Shown here: positions 39,706-49,061 of the stretch, in pieces | Layout of the letters: every line of letters begins with the position of its first letter | How positions within the stretch are numbered: position 1 is the first letter of the stretch | Origin: an uncultured euryarchaeote | GTDB lineage: Archaea > Thermoplasmatota > Poseidoniia > Poseidoniales > Poseidoniaceae | NCBI GenBank assembly: GCA_964001175.1 | Contig: CAXFAS010000006.1 | Location: 6,237-70,236 of the forward strand | Reading direction: 5' to 3' | Length of the DNA: 64,000 bases | Position numbers and translations under genes: made by a program | Notes under the pieces: model-generated | What the model was told of the DNA's origin: nothing | Seen by the model: only the letters and a program-made list of their open reading frames with translations | Database searches by the model: none

Positions 39706-40902
39706 TTATGCAAGAGATTCATCACATGCATAACGGCGAGAACAATTTTGACATTTGCCTTTTCTTTGATGATTCCTTTTCGCTCCACCTTCAATCATTA
39801 ATCTTTGAATCTCTTGAATCGATTTGTTCAAAAGTTGTTTTGCTTCTTCATCCCATTTTATCTGATGAATATCTTCATTGCCATATCTAAGAATTCCATA
39901 AGGAGTATTTCGCTTTGTATTTATTTCTACAAGCTGAAGATATGCTAATAATTGCATCTTATGTGAAGTATGAGGTCTTTTAGGAACACGCCCAGTTTTT
40001 TGCTCTACGGGTATGAATTCTCCATCAATAACTACGATTTGATCTGGCCTGCCCCTAAGTCCAGAGTTTTCATCAATGAGAAGACCGGAACTCTCCTCAT
40101 CATCCGAATATGCTATCTCAGTATCTTTTTCTAAACCAGTATGTTTCCTTGCTAGTTCAGCAGAATTTTCAGTAAGAAGTACTCTTTGAAGTTGCCATGA
40201 TGCAGCTAGAGTCCATAACATTGCTAAAGTAAATAGAATAAATCCTGCTTGAGTTCTATTTTCAGCACCAACTAAAGCAATTGAATGGATTCCAAGTAGA
40301 ATAATACTGAATAGTAATCCGGTTTCAAATTTACCTGCTTCAAACCATCCTCCTTTGAAATCTAGAGATTCCCATTCAGACTCTAGAATTTGACTTTCTC
40401 TTCTCAGTCGGTTCTTTTTTTCTCTAATTGTTTCTTCAAACCCGAGCCAGTTACGCCATGGAACTGAAATTGCTATTATAGCAAAAATTAGCAAACTGAC
40501 ACTCCACATAGCAAGATATCTTGCTAAATCTACCGGTGAGAAAACAATATCATCAATAATAATGAATGCTATAGAATCTATTGAAAGTGCAATAATTACC
40601 GTAAACCACCATGTCCAGATTACTAGATGACGCTTAAATTCTGATTGTTTTTCTTGAAATTGAATAACTTGCTCATGAATTTCAGCATGTTTCTGTTTTC
40701 CGAGTTTTATCGCCTCTCCTTGGCCAGAATTACCTTCTCTGGCTAGTGACCAAGACATTGGACAATAACTATGCCTTTCTATATCGCTGGCGCTAATTCT
40801 AAGCGGGTTGTTATTTGAATCTCTCCAAAACCCATCTTTGCATAATTTTGCGTCAAAAAGGGTGTTTGAGCGGGACATCTGATTACTTCCAGTCTCCGCC
40901 AT
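39706..40902 (-). CDS. Cas4/RecB-like PD-(D/E)XK nuclease with Fe-S cysteines, interrupted by four predicted TM helices
   Basis: N-terminal SDIERHSYCPMSW and KLGKQKHAEIH. C-terminal RGRPDQIVVIDGEFIPVEQKTG (D...ExK), HKMQLLAYLQL (QxxxY) and CQNCSRRYAC (Cx2Cx5C). Four hydrophobic helices lie between them (for example VIWTWWFTVIIALSIDSIAFIII and YLAMWSVSLLIFAIIAISV). Confidence 0.6.
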   Translation of the reverse strand: MAETGSNQMSRSNTLFDAKLCKDGFWRDSNNNPLRISASDIERHSYCPMSWSLAREGNSGQGEAIKLGKQKHAEIHEQVIQFQEKQSEFKRHLVIWTWWFTVIIALSIDSIAFIIIDDIVFSPVDLARYLAMWSVSLLIFAIIAISVPWRNWLGFEETIREKKNRLRRESQILESEWESLDFKGGWFEAGKFETGLLFSIILLGIHSIALVGAENRTQAGFILFTLAMLWTLAASWQLQRVLLTENSAELARKHTGLEKDTEIAYSDDEESSGLLIDENSGLRGRPDQIVVIDGEFIPVEQKTGRVPKRPHTSHKMQLLAYLQLVEINTKRNTPYGILRYGNEDIHQIKWDEEAKQLLNKSIQEIQRLMIEGGAKRNHQRKGKCQNCSRRYACDESLA

Positions 40903-41045
40903 AACTGTCCTTAATCGTCTTCGACCTTGTAATCTTCGTTAATTTGAATCAAGGAAATATTACAAAATTAAGACTTTCAAACTTTTATTATGCTGCGAAG
41001 CGGTTTAATATGGGGGCTAAGTGGAGCGAACGCTGAGGTTATTAG

Positions 41046-41654
41046 ATGTCTGAAGAAGCGAGCCTTTTATTGCCATATGAATCCTATGAGGAAAACGCTG
41101 TAAATATTGGTACTCAACAAAAGAGTGCAGATATGGCTAGATTTATCGAAAAGGTCAGAGAAGATGGATTATATTTGCTAGATGTAAATATGACCGACTC
41201 CAGAATCAGGACAACAGCATCGTTCTTGAACAAGTATGATGCTTCTAGAATCATGGTTGTCTCTGCTCGCCAGTATGGCCAGAGGCCAGCAAGAATGTTT
41301 GCAGAAGCTATTGGTGCAAAGGAAAGAGTTGGAAGATTTATTCCAGGTTCTCTTACTAACCCATCTCTTCGTTCTTATGTCGAACCTGACGTCTTGTTTG
41401 TTACAGACCCTGCTTCAGATCAGCAAGCTCTCAGAGAAGCGGTAAATTCTGGACTTCCAGTAATTGGAATTGTCGACGCTAATAATAATCTACGTAATGT
41501 AGACATTGCAGTTCCTGCTAATAACAAAGGGCGTCGTTCTTTGGCTCTTATCTACTGGTTGCTTGCTCGTGAAGTTCTAAAAGTACGCGGGGAAACCACT
41601 GATGAAGATTGGGCTGCTGCTAATGATGTTGAAGAGTGGCAATCTACTTTCTGA
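41046..41654 (+). CDS. rps2: 30S ribosomal protein uS2 (archaeal type)
   Basis: [16 protein letters not shown]..., [63 protein letters not shown]. Confidence 0.9.
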   Translation: MSEEASLLLPYESYEENAVNIGTQQKSADMARFIEKVREDGLYLLDVNMTDSRIRTTASFLNKYDASRIMVVSARQYGQRPARMFAEAIGAKERVGRFIPGSLTNPSLRSYVEPDVLFVTDPASDQQALREAVNSGLPVIGIVDANNNLRNVDIAVPANNKGRRSLALIYWLLAREVLKVRGETTDEDWAAANDVEEWQSTF

Positions 41655-41674
41655 CCGATGTCAAAATCTAATAA

Positions 41675-44503
41675 GTGACTTTTAGTGCCCTGCTTATGGG
41701 AACTGGAGACGATAGTTACATCGACTATGGTAAGTATCAAGCCTCCCTTGAAGATTTGAGTTTTAGAAATAGAAGTATCCTACTTTGGTTTAGTTTTGGG
41801 ATAATTTGGTTATTTTTAAATATCTACGTATTCAATATTCTTTGGTTTTGGGAAGAATTCTATTTTGCAATTTCAGAGGCAGGATGGCAAGTTGTCACTG
41901 AGAATTCCGACGGCACTCAGTGTGTAGTTACTGAATATGAATCATGTGAACGTCTTGTAGGTGCAGGCGGGGTGTGGTGGTCATTACTAGGTAGTTTGAC
42001 GACCGGAATTGCGGTTGGGCCATTAGTCTTCTCTGCTTTGATATTATCATACCGAAATAAGGATGTAACGAAAAAGTGGAAAGAAGAAACATGGGGATTA
42101 TTATTTCTAATCAATCCTTCAATTATTTGGGCTTTATTATTCCTAATATGTTTGCCATATGCATGGACATTATTACCATGGGGTGAATGGTCTACAAATT
42201 GGTGGAAAATTTTTCCCTTTGGATTCGGATTGATTTGGTTGGGCGGACTTCCACCGATTTTGGTTATTAGTAATTTTTTCAAGAAACTTTTCAACCGAGA
42301 ATATAACTCAGACATAACAGTGGAAGCGGGGATTATGCCTGGTGAAGATAGTGAAGAAGGTCAAATGCCAACACAACCAACAGCTTCAGAGGTTGCTAAT
42401 TCAGTAGATGCGAGGTCGTCATATATTGAGGCTGGAATACCCCCAGAACCATCGTTAGGAGGCAGTGCAATATTTGTCGCAATTTTGGCTGCACTCATGA
42501 TAATTCCTGGAATAGTATTGCTAATAATTGGTGGCGTAATGGCAGAAGAGTCCATTGAAGGGGAAGGGAGTTCTAGTTATACTCTAGAGATCATTGATGA
42601 AGACAGTTCAGGTGACCTAGGATTCATCATATTCATTCAAGCAACGCCTGGTGATTTCAACGGAAATGGAATGCATGATTATTGTGAAAATATAATCGTT
42701 AATGCTAATCATTCGGGAGCCTGGATGAGTGACCCATGGACAGGATGGTCCTCATATAATGAGCCGGATGAAACAAGGCAAGTATTCGAACTTGAAATTT
42801 CTCATAGGGGTAGTGGTTGCGATACACAACACTGGCCGAAAGAAAAGTGGGTAAACGATATTCAATTGGTAAAAATTGGAAGAGCATGTTATGGTTGTAT
42901 GGCAGGGAACACAACAATCACTGCAGAATATACACCTGAAACTGAACCAAAACCAGTCGGGATGTGGATACAAGATGGCGAAAAAATCAAAGAATCTACT
43001 ACTTTGACAATTATTGGAGCTGTTCTGACTGGAATTGGTGGATTGTCACTCACGATAATAATTATAGTAATAATTTCTAAATCCAAAGCAGCAGCGATGC
43101 AAGACTCTGAAGGTCAAAAAGAGCCAATTGAGATTATTGAATCGAAACCAGGTCAACCGGTACGCTTCAGAATCAATGACCCTCCGAATGGGAGGGATGC
43201 ATGGGTAGGCATCTATCCTCCTAGCGCTGGTGATCAAGACCACGGTGATAGATGGAGTTGGCTCAGAGATATTGATGTGAATAACGCCACATTACCGGGA
43301 CAACCTGCCGGCGAGTGGAGCATTCGGGTCTTCAAGGACGGCGGATACAAACTCCAGCATCGCGTGGATTTCGAGATTTCTAGTAGCCCCCAACACCCCG
43401 CTAGACCAACCTCATCTGAAGGCATAGTCGGAGGAAATGCAACAATCACAACCTCCAAATCCACATACACGATTGATGAGGGTATCGATTTCTCTTTCGC
43501 CGCACCCAAACTACCCAATGACGCTTGGATAGGAATCGTACCCGTAGCGATACCTCATGGCGATGAAGCAGTTAACGATAGCCACGATACCAGTTATGAG
43601 TATCTTGGAGGCAGGACCAAGGGGGACATCATCCTGCCTAACCCTGGATTGGGAACGTGGACTCTAAGGCTTCATAATACGGACAACAATGGTCGAGAGC
43701 TTACACACGTCGTCTTTGAGGTTGTTTCATCTCCTGCTAGACAGCAAGAATCCATTGAAATTTTACAAGCAGTAGTCGGCAAACCAGTGCGTTTCAAAAT
43801 CAACAATCGTCCTAGCGGTAACGAAGCTTGGTTTGGTTTGTATCCTGTGCAAGCGACTGACCACGAGCATGGAGAACAACACCAAAACTGGATGTATTTC
43901 CGAGACGTAGGTCAAAATGAACTCTCTCTTCCAGCCAAATCTGCAGGCAGATGGAGCATTAGAGTCTTTTCAGATGGTGGATTTAACATGATTAAGCGAT
44001 TAGATTTTGATATTACCGGGACTCATGGCAATGTCGCTCAATTACACCCCTCCGATGGGCGCTACGAATTAGCGCCAGATGAGTTGTCTTGGAATGAGCA
44101 CAATGACCGTGCTCTAGCGATGGGAGGCCACCTTGTTTCGATTACCACCGCAGAGGAAAACGAACTGGTCGCACGAATCGCTGGTAAAAGAACCGTATGG
44201 ATTGGTGGAATGAGGAAAGGCTCGGGCAATGGCCCTGGTGCTGACCACTGGTATTGGTGTGACGGGCAACCTTGGATATATGCGAACTGGGCTCCAGGCG
44301 AGCCGAACAACTACGGAGGTAACGAGAACAGAATACACCTATTCGGACATAACAAATTGTGGAACGATGTCGGTGAGGATTGGAGAGGCCCCGCAGTATA
44401 TCAATTGCCAAAGGAAAAATCAATACAGTCGGCCAAGAAAATACAGTCAGCATTAAAACAGTCTACTAGAGAAAAGAAAGATAACTTTTGGGATTCAGCA
44501 TGA
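41675..44503 (+). CDS. Polytopic membrane protein with a Cys-containing extracytoplasmic loop domain, three ~95-aa repeats and a C-terminal C-type lectin-like domain
   Basis: About six TM helices. R1 and R3 share clear residue similarity by eye (PVRFRINDPPNGRDAWVGIYP... versus PVRFKINNRPSGNEAWFGLYP...), with a divergent middle copy. The C-terminal CTLD pattern is GGHLVSITTAEENELV...VWIGG...WYWCDGQPWIYANWAPGEPNN...KLWNDV. GTG start; alternative ATG at 41696. Confidence 0.65.
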   Translation: MTFSALLMGTGDDSYIDYGKYQASLEDLSFRNRSILLWFSFGIIWLFLNIYVFNILWFWEEFYFAISEAGWQVVTENSDGTQCVVTEYESCERLVGAGGVWWSLLGSLTTGIAVGPLVFSALILSYRNKDVTKKWKEETWGLLFLINPSIIWALLFLICLPYAWTLLPWGEWSTNWWKIFPFGFGLIWLGGLPPILVISNFFKKLFNREYNSDITVEAGIMPGEDSEEGQMPTQPTASEVANSVDARSSYIEAGIPPEPSLGGSAIFVAILAALMIIPGIVLLIIGGVMAEESIEGEGSSSYTLEIIDEDSSGDLGFIIFIQATPGDFNGNGMHDYCENIIVNANHSGAWMSDPWTGWSSYNEPDETRQVFELEISHRGSGCDTQHWPKEKWVNDIQLVKIGRACYGCMAGNTTITAEYTPETEPKPVGMWIQDGEKIKESTTLTIIGAVLTGIGGLSLTIIIIVIISKSKAAAMQDSEGQKEPIEIIESKPGQPVRFRINDPPNGRDAWVGIYPPSAGDQDHGDRWSWLRDIDVNNATLPGQPAGEWSIRVFKDGGYKLQHRVDFEISSSPQHPARPTSSEGIVGGNATITTSKSTYTIDEGIDFSFAAPKLPNDAWIGIVPVAIPHGDEAVNDSHDTSYEYLGGRTKGDIILPNPGLGTWTLRLHNTDNNGRELTHVVFEVVSSPARQQESIEILQAVVGKPVRFKINNRPSGNEAWFGLYPVQATDHEHGEQHQNWMYFRDVGQNELSLPAKSAGRWSIRVFSDGGFNMIKRLDFDITGTHGNVAQLHPSDGRYELAPDELSWNEHNDRALAMGGHLVSITTAEENELVARIAGKRTVWIGGMRKGSGNGPGADHWYWCDGQPWIYANWAPGEPNNYGGNENRIHLFGHNKLWNDVGEDWRGPAVYQLPKEKSIQSAKKIQSALKQSTREKKDNFWDSA

Positions 44504-44505
44504 TT

Positions 44506-45273
44506 TTAGATCCATCCAAGACCCTTAGATGCTTCATAAATATACATGAATCCACTTACAATTATTGCTGCCAATATTCCAGTTCTTATCCAAGAATCTT
44601 TCCAAGATAAGAGCCACTTTTTACCAAGTTGTACTCCCATTATTGCTGCAAAAACTAATGCGATAATCAAAATATATTCATCCAAAATTCCTCGGCCTTC
44701 AAAGAATATGTAAATTGGAATTCTAGTTAAATCAACTACCAATGCTAGAACACTTGCAGTGGCAGCATAGGCCATCTTATCAGGTAGTCTTTTTTGTAAA
44801 AACAATGCCCTTAAAGCACCTTGATGGCCCGTAAGTCCACCGAAAAACCCTGAACCAAAACCACCAATTCTATCTTCAGTTTCACCAAGCCTAAGTTTAG
44901 TCCATTTTTCGGTTACCGATAAAAGAGGCAGAATAATCAATGCGATTCCAACAACCAAAAGTAGGGGATTGGATGGTATTCTCGATTGTAATAATGAACC
45001 AATGATTGCTCCTAAAATTAGCGCCCAACCATATCTTTTTACTGCATCAATATTGATACTAGAACGTAAAACTTTCAATTTCCACGCATTGTGTGCACCG
45101 TGGATAATTGCTACAACAGCAATTGCTTCATGAGGCGGTAGCCATAGTAAAACTACAGGTGTTAGCATTGTTGCAAGGCCAAAACCAGCAGGCACAGTTA
45201 ATGCTGCAGCAATCAATGTAATGACCATGCTAAAAATGATCAACATCACATCCATGATAATGCTAGTAATCAT
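44506..45273 (-). CDS. TauE/SafE (TSUP) family membrane transporter
   Basis: About 8 TM helices in a two-half organisation, with Gly-rich GGFGSGFFGGLTGHQGALR typical of DUF81/TauE. Confidence 0.6.
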   Translation of the reverse strand: MITSIIMDVMLIIFSMVITLIAAALTVPAGFGLATMLTPVVLLWLPPHEAIAVVAIIHGAHNAWKLKVLRSSINIDAVKRYGWALILGAIIGSLLQSRIPSNPLLLVVGIALIILPLLSVTEKWTKLRLGETEDRIGGFGSGFFGGLTGHQGALRALFLQKRLPDKMAYAATASVLALVVDLTRIPIYIFFEGRGILDEYILIIALVFAAIMGVQLGKKWLLSWKDSWIRTGILAAIIVSGFMYIYEASKGLGWI

Positions 45274-45416
45274 TTAGCAATAAGGATGTCTAAATAGGGT
45301 TATGTCAATTTACAGTTTATTTTAGTGGCATGGCGAACTCCAATAGCTATGATGAGATGGTTTATTTCGTCTTATTTCCAGAAAAGAAGGCAACTACGAA
45401 CTCGTAGAGATTTGAG

Positions 45417-46451
45417 TTATGATAGTACAGTACCAACTAAAAATTCACTAATTGATTGAGCAAAATCTTCTGGAGTTGGTTGTAAATGCATTAGGCTTCG
45501 AACTTTTTTAGCCCCTGGTAACCCTTTACTAAATGCGACAGCGTGTCTTTGCATCCATTTACCTTGAATACCAGAAGTTTGTTTTGATAATTCAATATAT
45601 TTGTCCCAGCACCATTTCCTAGTTGCAAAGGCTTGTCCAATATCATCTAGTTCATACCAGTGTTCTTTGTTTGCCTTAACCCAAGGTAAGTCATCTTCTT
45701 CAATCCATCCGAGTCCAACTTTCATTTCTCCAAACATGGATGGTCTACCTATTGCCCCTCTACCGATCATCAAGCCTGCAGCATGTGTAGTTTTCAGGCA
45801 CTCAGTGGCACTTTTCGCATCGATTACATCACCATTTGCGACTACAGGGATATCAACTGAATCTACAACTTTTTTGATATAATTCCAATCTGCTTCACCT
45901 GAATATCTCTGCCTAAGAGTTCTTCCATGAACGCACAATCTTTGTGCTCCAACTTTTTCTAATCTCTTACAGATTTCAACTGCATTGTGTTCGCTATTTC
46001 CAGTGCCTAGCCTCATTTTGGCTGTTACAGGAATATCTACTCTTTCAACAATTCCTTCAACCATTGAAACAAGATTATCAGGTTCACCCATTAGAGCAGC
46101 ACCTGCACAAATCTTTGTTACTTTAGGGGCTGGACATCCAAAATTAAGATCGATGATATCAGCATTAGGCGATAACATTTCTGCTGCAGTAGCCATATCA
46201 TTTGCGTTTCCACCAAAAATCTGGGGGATAAATGGAATTTCGGTTTCATGAGACTCCATCTTTTTCCAAGATACCGCTGCCTCTCTGCTGAGAGCAGTAC
46301 TATTGGTGAACTCTGTAATAGTTACATCCGCTCCACACTGTTTTGCAAGTAGCCTAAATGGTAAGTCGGTTACTCCAGACATCGGAGCAAGATATAGTGG
46401 ACGAGGCTCACCTTCCCACTTATTCGGTTTATCACCAATGAACTCGCTCAC
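45417..46451 (-). CDS. dus: tRNA-dihydrouridine synthase
   Basis: LAPMSGVTDLPFRLL, IDLNFGCPAPKV (catalytic Cys), VTAKMRLG, HGRT..QRYSG, VANGDV. Confidence 0.85.
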   Translation of the reverse strand: MSEFIGDKPNKWEGEPRPLYLAPMSGVTDLPFRLLAKQCGADVTITEFTNSTALSREAAVSWKKMESHETEIPFIPQIFGGNANDMATAAEMLSPNADIIDLNFGCPAPKVTKICAGAALMGEPDNLVSMVEGIVERVDIPVTAKMRLGTGNSEHNAVEICKRLEKVGAQRLCVHGRTLRQRYSGEADWNYIKKVVDSVDIPVVANGDVIDAKSATECLKTTHAAGLMIGRGAIGRPSMFGEMKVGLGWIEEDDLPWVKANKEHWYELDDIGQAFATRKWCWDKYIELSKQTSGIQGKWMQRHAVAFSKGLPGAKKVRSLMHLQPTPEDFAQSISEFLVGTVLS

Positions 46452-46493
46452 ATATAGTGGTCATACAACTTGTTTTTCAAGCATTGGACATTA

Positions 46494-47612
46494 TTACTCA
46501 TTAAGATTTGATTCTAACATCTCTGCAACTCTACGCATTCTTCTGAGAACTCTATCCAATTGGTCTTTTACTCTACGAATATTTTGACTTGAATCTTCAC
46601 CATGTAATCTATGGCCTAAAGGAAGTCTTCCCCCAAGAAGATTCAATAGCAGCATTTGCTGTTTTGGTTCAATTCCTTTCATCTCTGATTCAACTTCTTC
46701 GATAGTTAATTTTCCTTTTTTCAATTTCATTAAGATAGATGACTGTTTCTTGGAATTTAAGATTCTTTGAAATCCACCTTTTTTCAGCATCCAATCTTCT
46801 CCTCTGCGTTGATGTTGTGTTGTCATTGCAGTCCAAAGTGCGATAGCCAATCTATCAGTTCTTGGAATTCTTTCTACCATAGAACTAGCTCGAAATCGTT
46901 CCATTATTCTACCAATTCTAGGTTTTTGTTCACCTATTAGTTCTGCAGCCTCATCCAAAGATAGCGGTGCATCACGGGACAATAATAGTTCGAATAATCG
47001 AGCAGAAGCCGAATCAGCATTAATTTCTTTACCGGGTCTTTCTCCAAGTAGTCCAAAATCCCCCATCCATTGTGAAAGTATACTAGAGGGGCTATCGTTG
47101 ATTAGTGGACGGTGATCAACAATTCCCAAAGAGAGAAGCGGTGTATCATTTTCTGGTAATTCTAGTATGAGTCTAGGATTTTCTCTTTTCCACATTTTTT
47201 CAATTAAGTCCAGTCTCTGAGCAACTATTGTTTTACATTGTAGAGAAAATAATTCTATCGCCTTAGTAATGGTGCCACCTCGAAGATAGTATCTTCGCCA
47301 TCCTTTGCCTTCATTTGTATATCCGATAATCCCTGCTTGTACTAATCTAGTAAGATGGTGATTCAGCGAGGCAGGAGTTAACGCTAATTCATCAGCTAGC
47401 ATCTGCGCATCCCATCCAATTTCTGGTTGAGCAAAAATATAATCTCTGAGAAGACGATGGACAGGGTTTGCTTTACCTCCATCGGCCATTTCTTCACCGC
47501 GCTTTCTAACAAGACACAATGAATCAGTAAACCATGAAACTAGACTATCTAAATCTCTATCACTGGTAGGTAAGGCTACCTCTTGAATTCGAACACTGAA
47601 CATCTTGCTCAA
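46494..47612 (-). CDS. Winged-helix (ArsR-like) DNA-binding protein
   Basis: MLADELALTPASLNHHLTRLVQAGIIGY is an HTH pattern. The rest is uncharacterised. Confidence 0.5.
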   Translation of the reverse strand: MSKMFSVRIQEVALPTSDRDLDSLVSWFTDSLCLVRKRGEEMADGGKANPVHRLLRDYIFAQPEIGWDAQMLADELALTPASLNHHLTRLVQAGIIGYTNEGKGWRRYYLRGGTITKAIELFSLQCKTIVAQRLDLIEKMWKRENPRLILELPENDTPLLSLGIVDHRPLINDSPSSILSQWMGDFGLLGERPGKEINADSASARLFELLLSRDAPLSLDEAAELIGEQKPRIGRIMERFRASSMVERIPRTDRLAIALWTAMTTQHQRRGEDWMLKKGGFQRILNSKKQSSILMKLKKGKLTIEEVESEMKGIEPKQQMLLLNLLGGRLPLGHRLHGEDSSQNIRRVKDQLDRVLRRMRRVAEMLESNLNE

Positions 47613-47687
47613 ATGGGAAAAAATGGCGAAGGTCTTTGAATACTGTGCATTAATTGGCTCTCAAGAGGCGTAAATTATAGTTAAATT

Positions 47688-48350
47688 TCACCTTCGCTCG
47701 TCTTCCCAATCATAATCTACGCCATGTGTTCCATGCCATTGAATGTCCATATCGATATGAGGCATTAATTCTATTCTATCTTCTCTTAATATGCCTCTTC
47801 GCCTAAGTACTTTGATGGCAGAGTGAACGGTAGCTCTACTCCTACCAATTCTTCTAGCAAGGTCTGATTGAGAACGAGGTATTCCTTCTTTGACAATATC
47901 TTCAATTATTAATCTTTGAACTAATGAAAGTCCAATTGGAAGAGATCTAGCAGCCCTTTGCTCATTAACAGAAATACCTTTTAGAACTTCTATTTGACTT
48001 GGTGCACCTGCAAAATAACATGTTCTTCCGTTGACATGCATTACTGTAACGCTTCTTCTAGATTGCAATACATCTAGGTGGTGCCTTAGAGTTCCATTAG
48101 CAGCATTTAGTGTTGATTGCAATTCACGATAACAAAGGCCAGGATGTTTTTCCAGTGTTGTCAAAACTCGCCTTCTTAGAGGGTGGTCGTTATTTCTTGA
48201 TTTTGAGGACACTCCTTGCCATGCGAGAGCACCTACAGCACTTGCAGCAGCGGCCATCGTTCCTGCAACTCCAGCAATTCCTCCAGCAGCACCAGCAATT
48301 CCAGCAGCTAGCCAAGGTCTCTGACGTACCCATTGTGCTAACAATGCCAT
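47688..48350 (-). CDS. Winged-helix protein with an N-terminal Gly/Ala-zipper hydrophobic segment and two wHTH modules
   Basis: N-terminus AAGIAGAAGGIAGVAGTMAAAASAVGALA. HTH patterns CYRELQSTLNAANGTLRHHLDVLQ and QSDLARRIGRSRATVHSAIKVLRRRGIL. Confidence 0.5.
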   Translation of the reverse strand: MALLAQWVRQRPWLAAGIAGAAGGIAGVAGTMAAAASAVGALAWQGVSSKSRNNDHPLRRRVLTTLEKHPGLCYRELQSTLNAANGTLRHHLDVLQSRRSVTVMHVNGRTCYFAGAPSQIEVLKGISVNEQRAARSLPIGLSLVQRLIIEDIVKEGIPRSQSDLARRIGRSRATVHSAIKVLRRRGILREDRIELMPHIDMDIQWHGTHGVDYDWEDERR

Positions 48351-48413
48351 AGGCTCGGGTTTACCTTCTCCTTTGTTAAAGCATCCCGTATTTGATCAAG
48401 CAAATTTTGATAT

Positions 48414-48872
48414 CTATTTTCCAACTTGTACCGAGCCAGTGTAAATTTTGAGATGAGCAACTAATGGAGAAAGCAATCTTCCACATGTCTTACCATGTTC
48501 ACTAAGGGCATAATTGACTCTAATTGGTGGGCCATCGTCTACATGTCGAATTATCAAACCCTCTTCGGCTAAAAGTCTCAATTTATCGGATAGAGTTCTA
48601 GAAGAGATTCCTTCGAGTAGGTTTTTCATCTCATTAAATCTTCTAGGTCCTGCAATATATAGTGTAGAAAGTATCTCTATAGTCCATCTTGAACCAAAAA
48701 CATGTAGTGCTTCAACTGCGGCTTGTACTTCCCAATTTGTATTATATGGGGATTTATTTGAGTAAGGTGCTAATGTCTCTCTAATCGAGGTGCCTATCGC
48801 TATTGTAGATTCAATATTATCTTGTAAAAAAGAGTATGACTCATGTGAAATTCTTTGAATTGGTTCTGGCAT
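48414..48872 (-). CDS. HxlR-family winged-helix transcriptional regulator
   Basis: GSRWTIEILSTLYIAGPRRFNEMKNLLEGISSRTLSDKLRLLAEEGLI matches the HxlR-type HTH. Confidence 0.75.
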   Translation of the reverse strand: MPEPIQRISHESYSFLQDNIESTIAIGTSIRETLAPYSNKSPYNTNWEVQAAVEALHVFGSRWTIEILSTLYIAGPRRFNEMKNLLEGISSRTLSDKLRLLAEEGLIIRHVDDGPPIRVNYALSEHGKTCGRLLSPLVAHLKIYTGSVQVGK

Positions 48873-49061
48873 TATATCAATTTCCTACGGTTTTGATGCG
48901 ACCGAAAAGCACTTCCTTTTTTACACTTGGTATTTCTCTTGTAATAATTCAGTGCCGAGTTTAAATGAATTTCTTTGGCAATTTTGGTTTACAATGTTAA
49001 TGCGATATTTATAGCCACAGTAGGTGTAATGTTTAACACCTAGATGGTTTGACGAGGAACG

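Noticed and set aside
39696-39890. Plus-strand 64-aa ORF after the lipoprotein gene
   Set aside because: It overlaps the 3' end of the minus-strand Cas4-like gene, the region encoding the Cx2Cx5C motif. It has no SD or motif.
44062-44456. Cluster of four overlapping 74-103-aa ORFs on both strands
   Set aside because: They fall in the GC-richer 3' part of the 942-aa gene, where stop codons are rare in all frames. The sense frame encodes a clear C-type lectin pattern.
45340-45360. ATGATGA (C-box-like) in the 45274-45416 intergenic region, and CGATGATA near 39133, as C/D-box sRNAs
   Set aside because: No matching D box (CTGA) and no terminal stem at the appropriate distance could be found.
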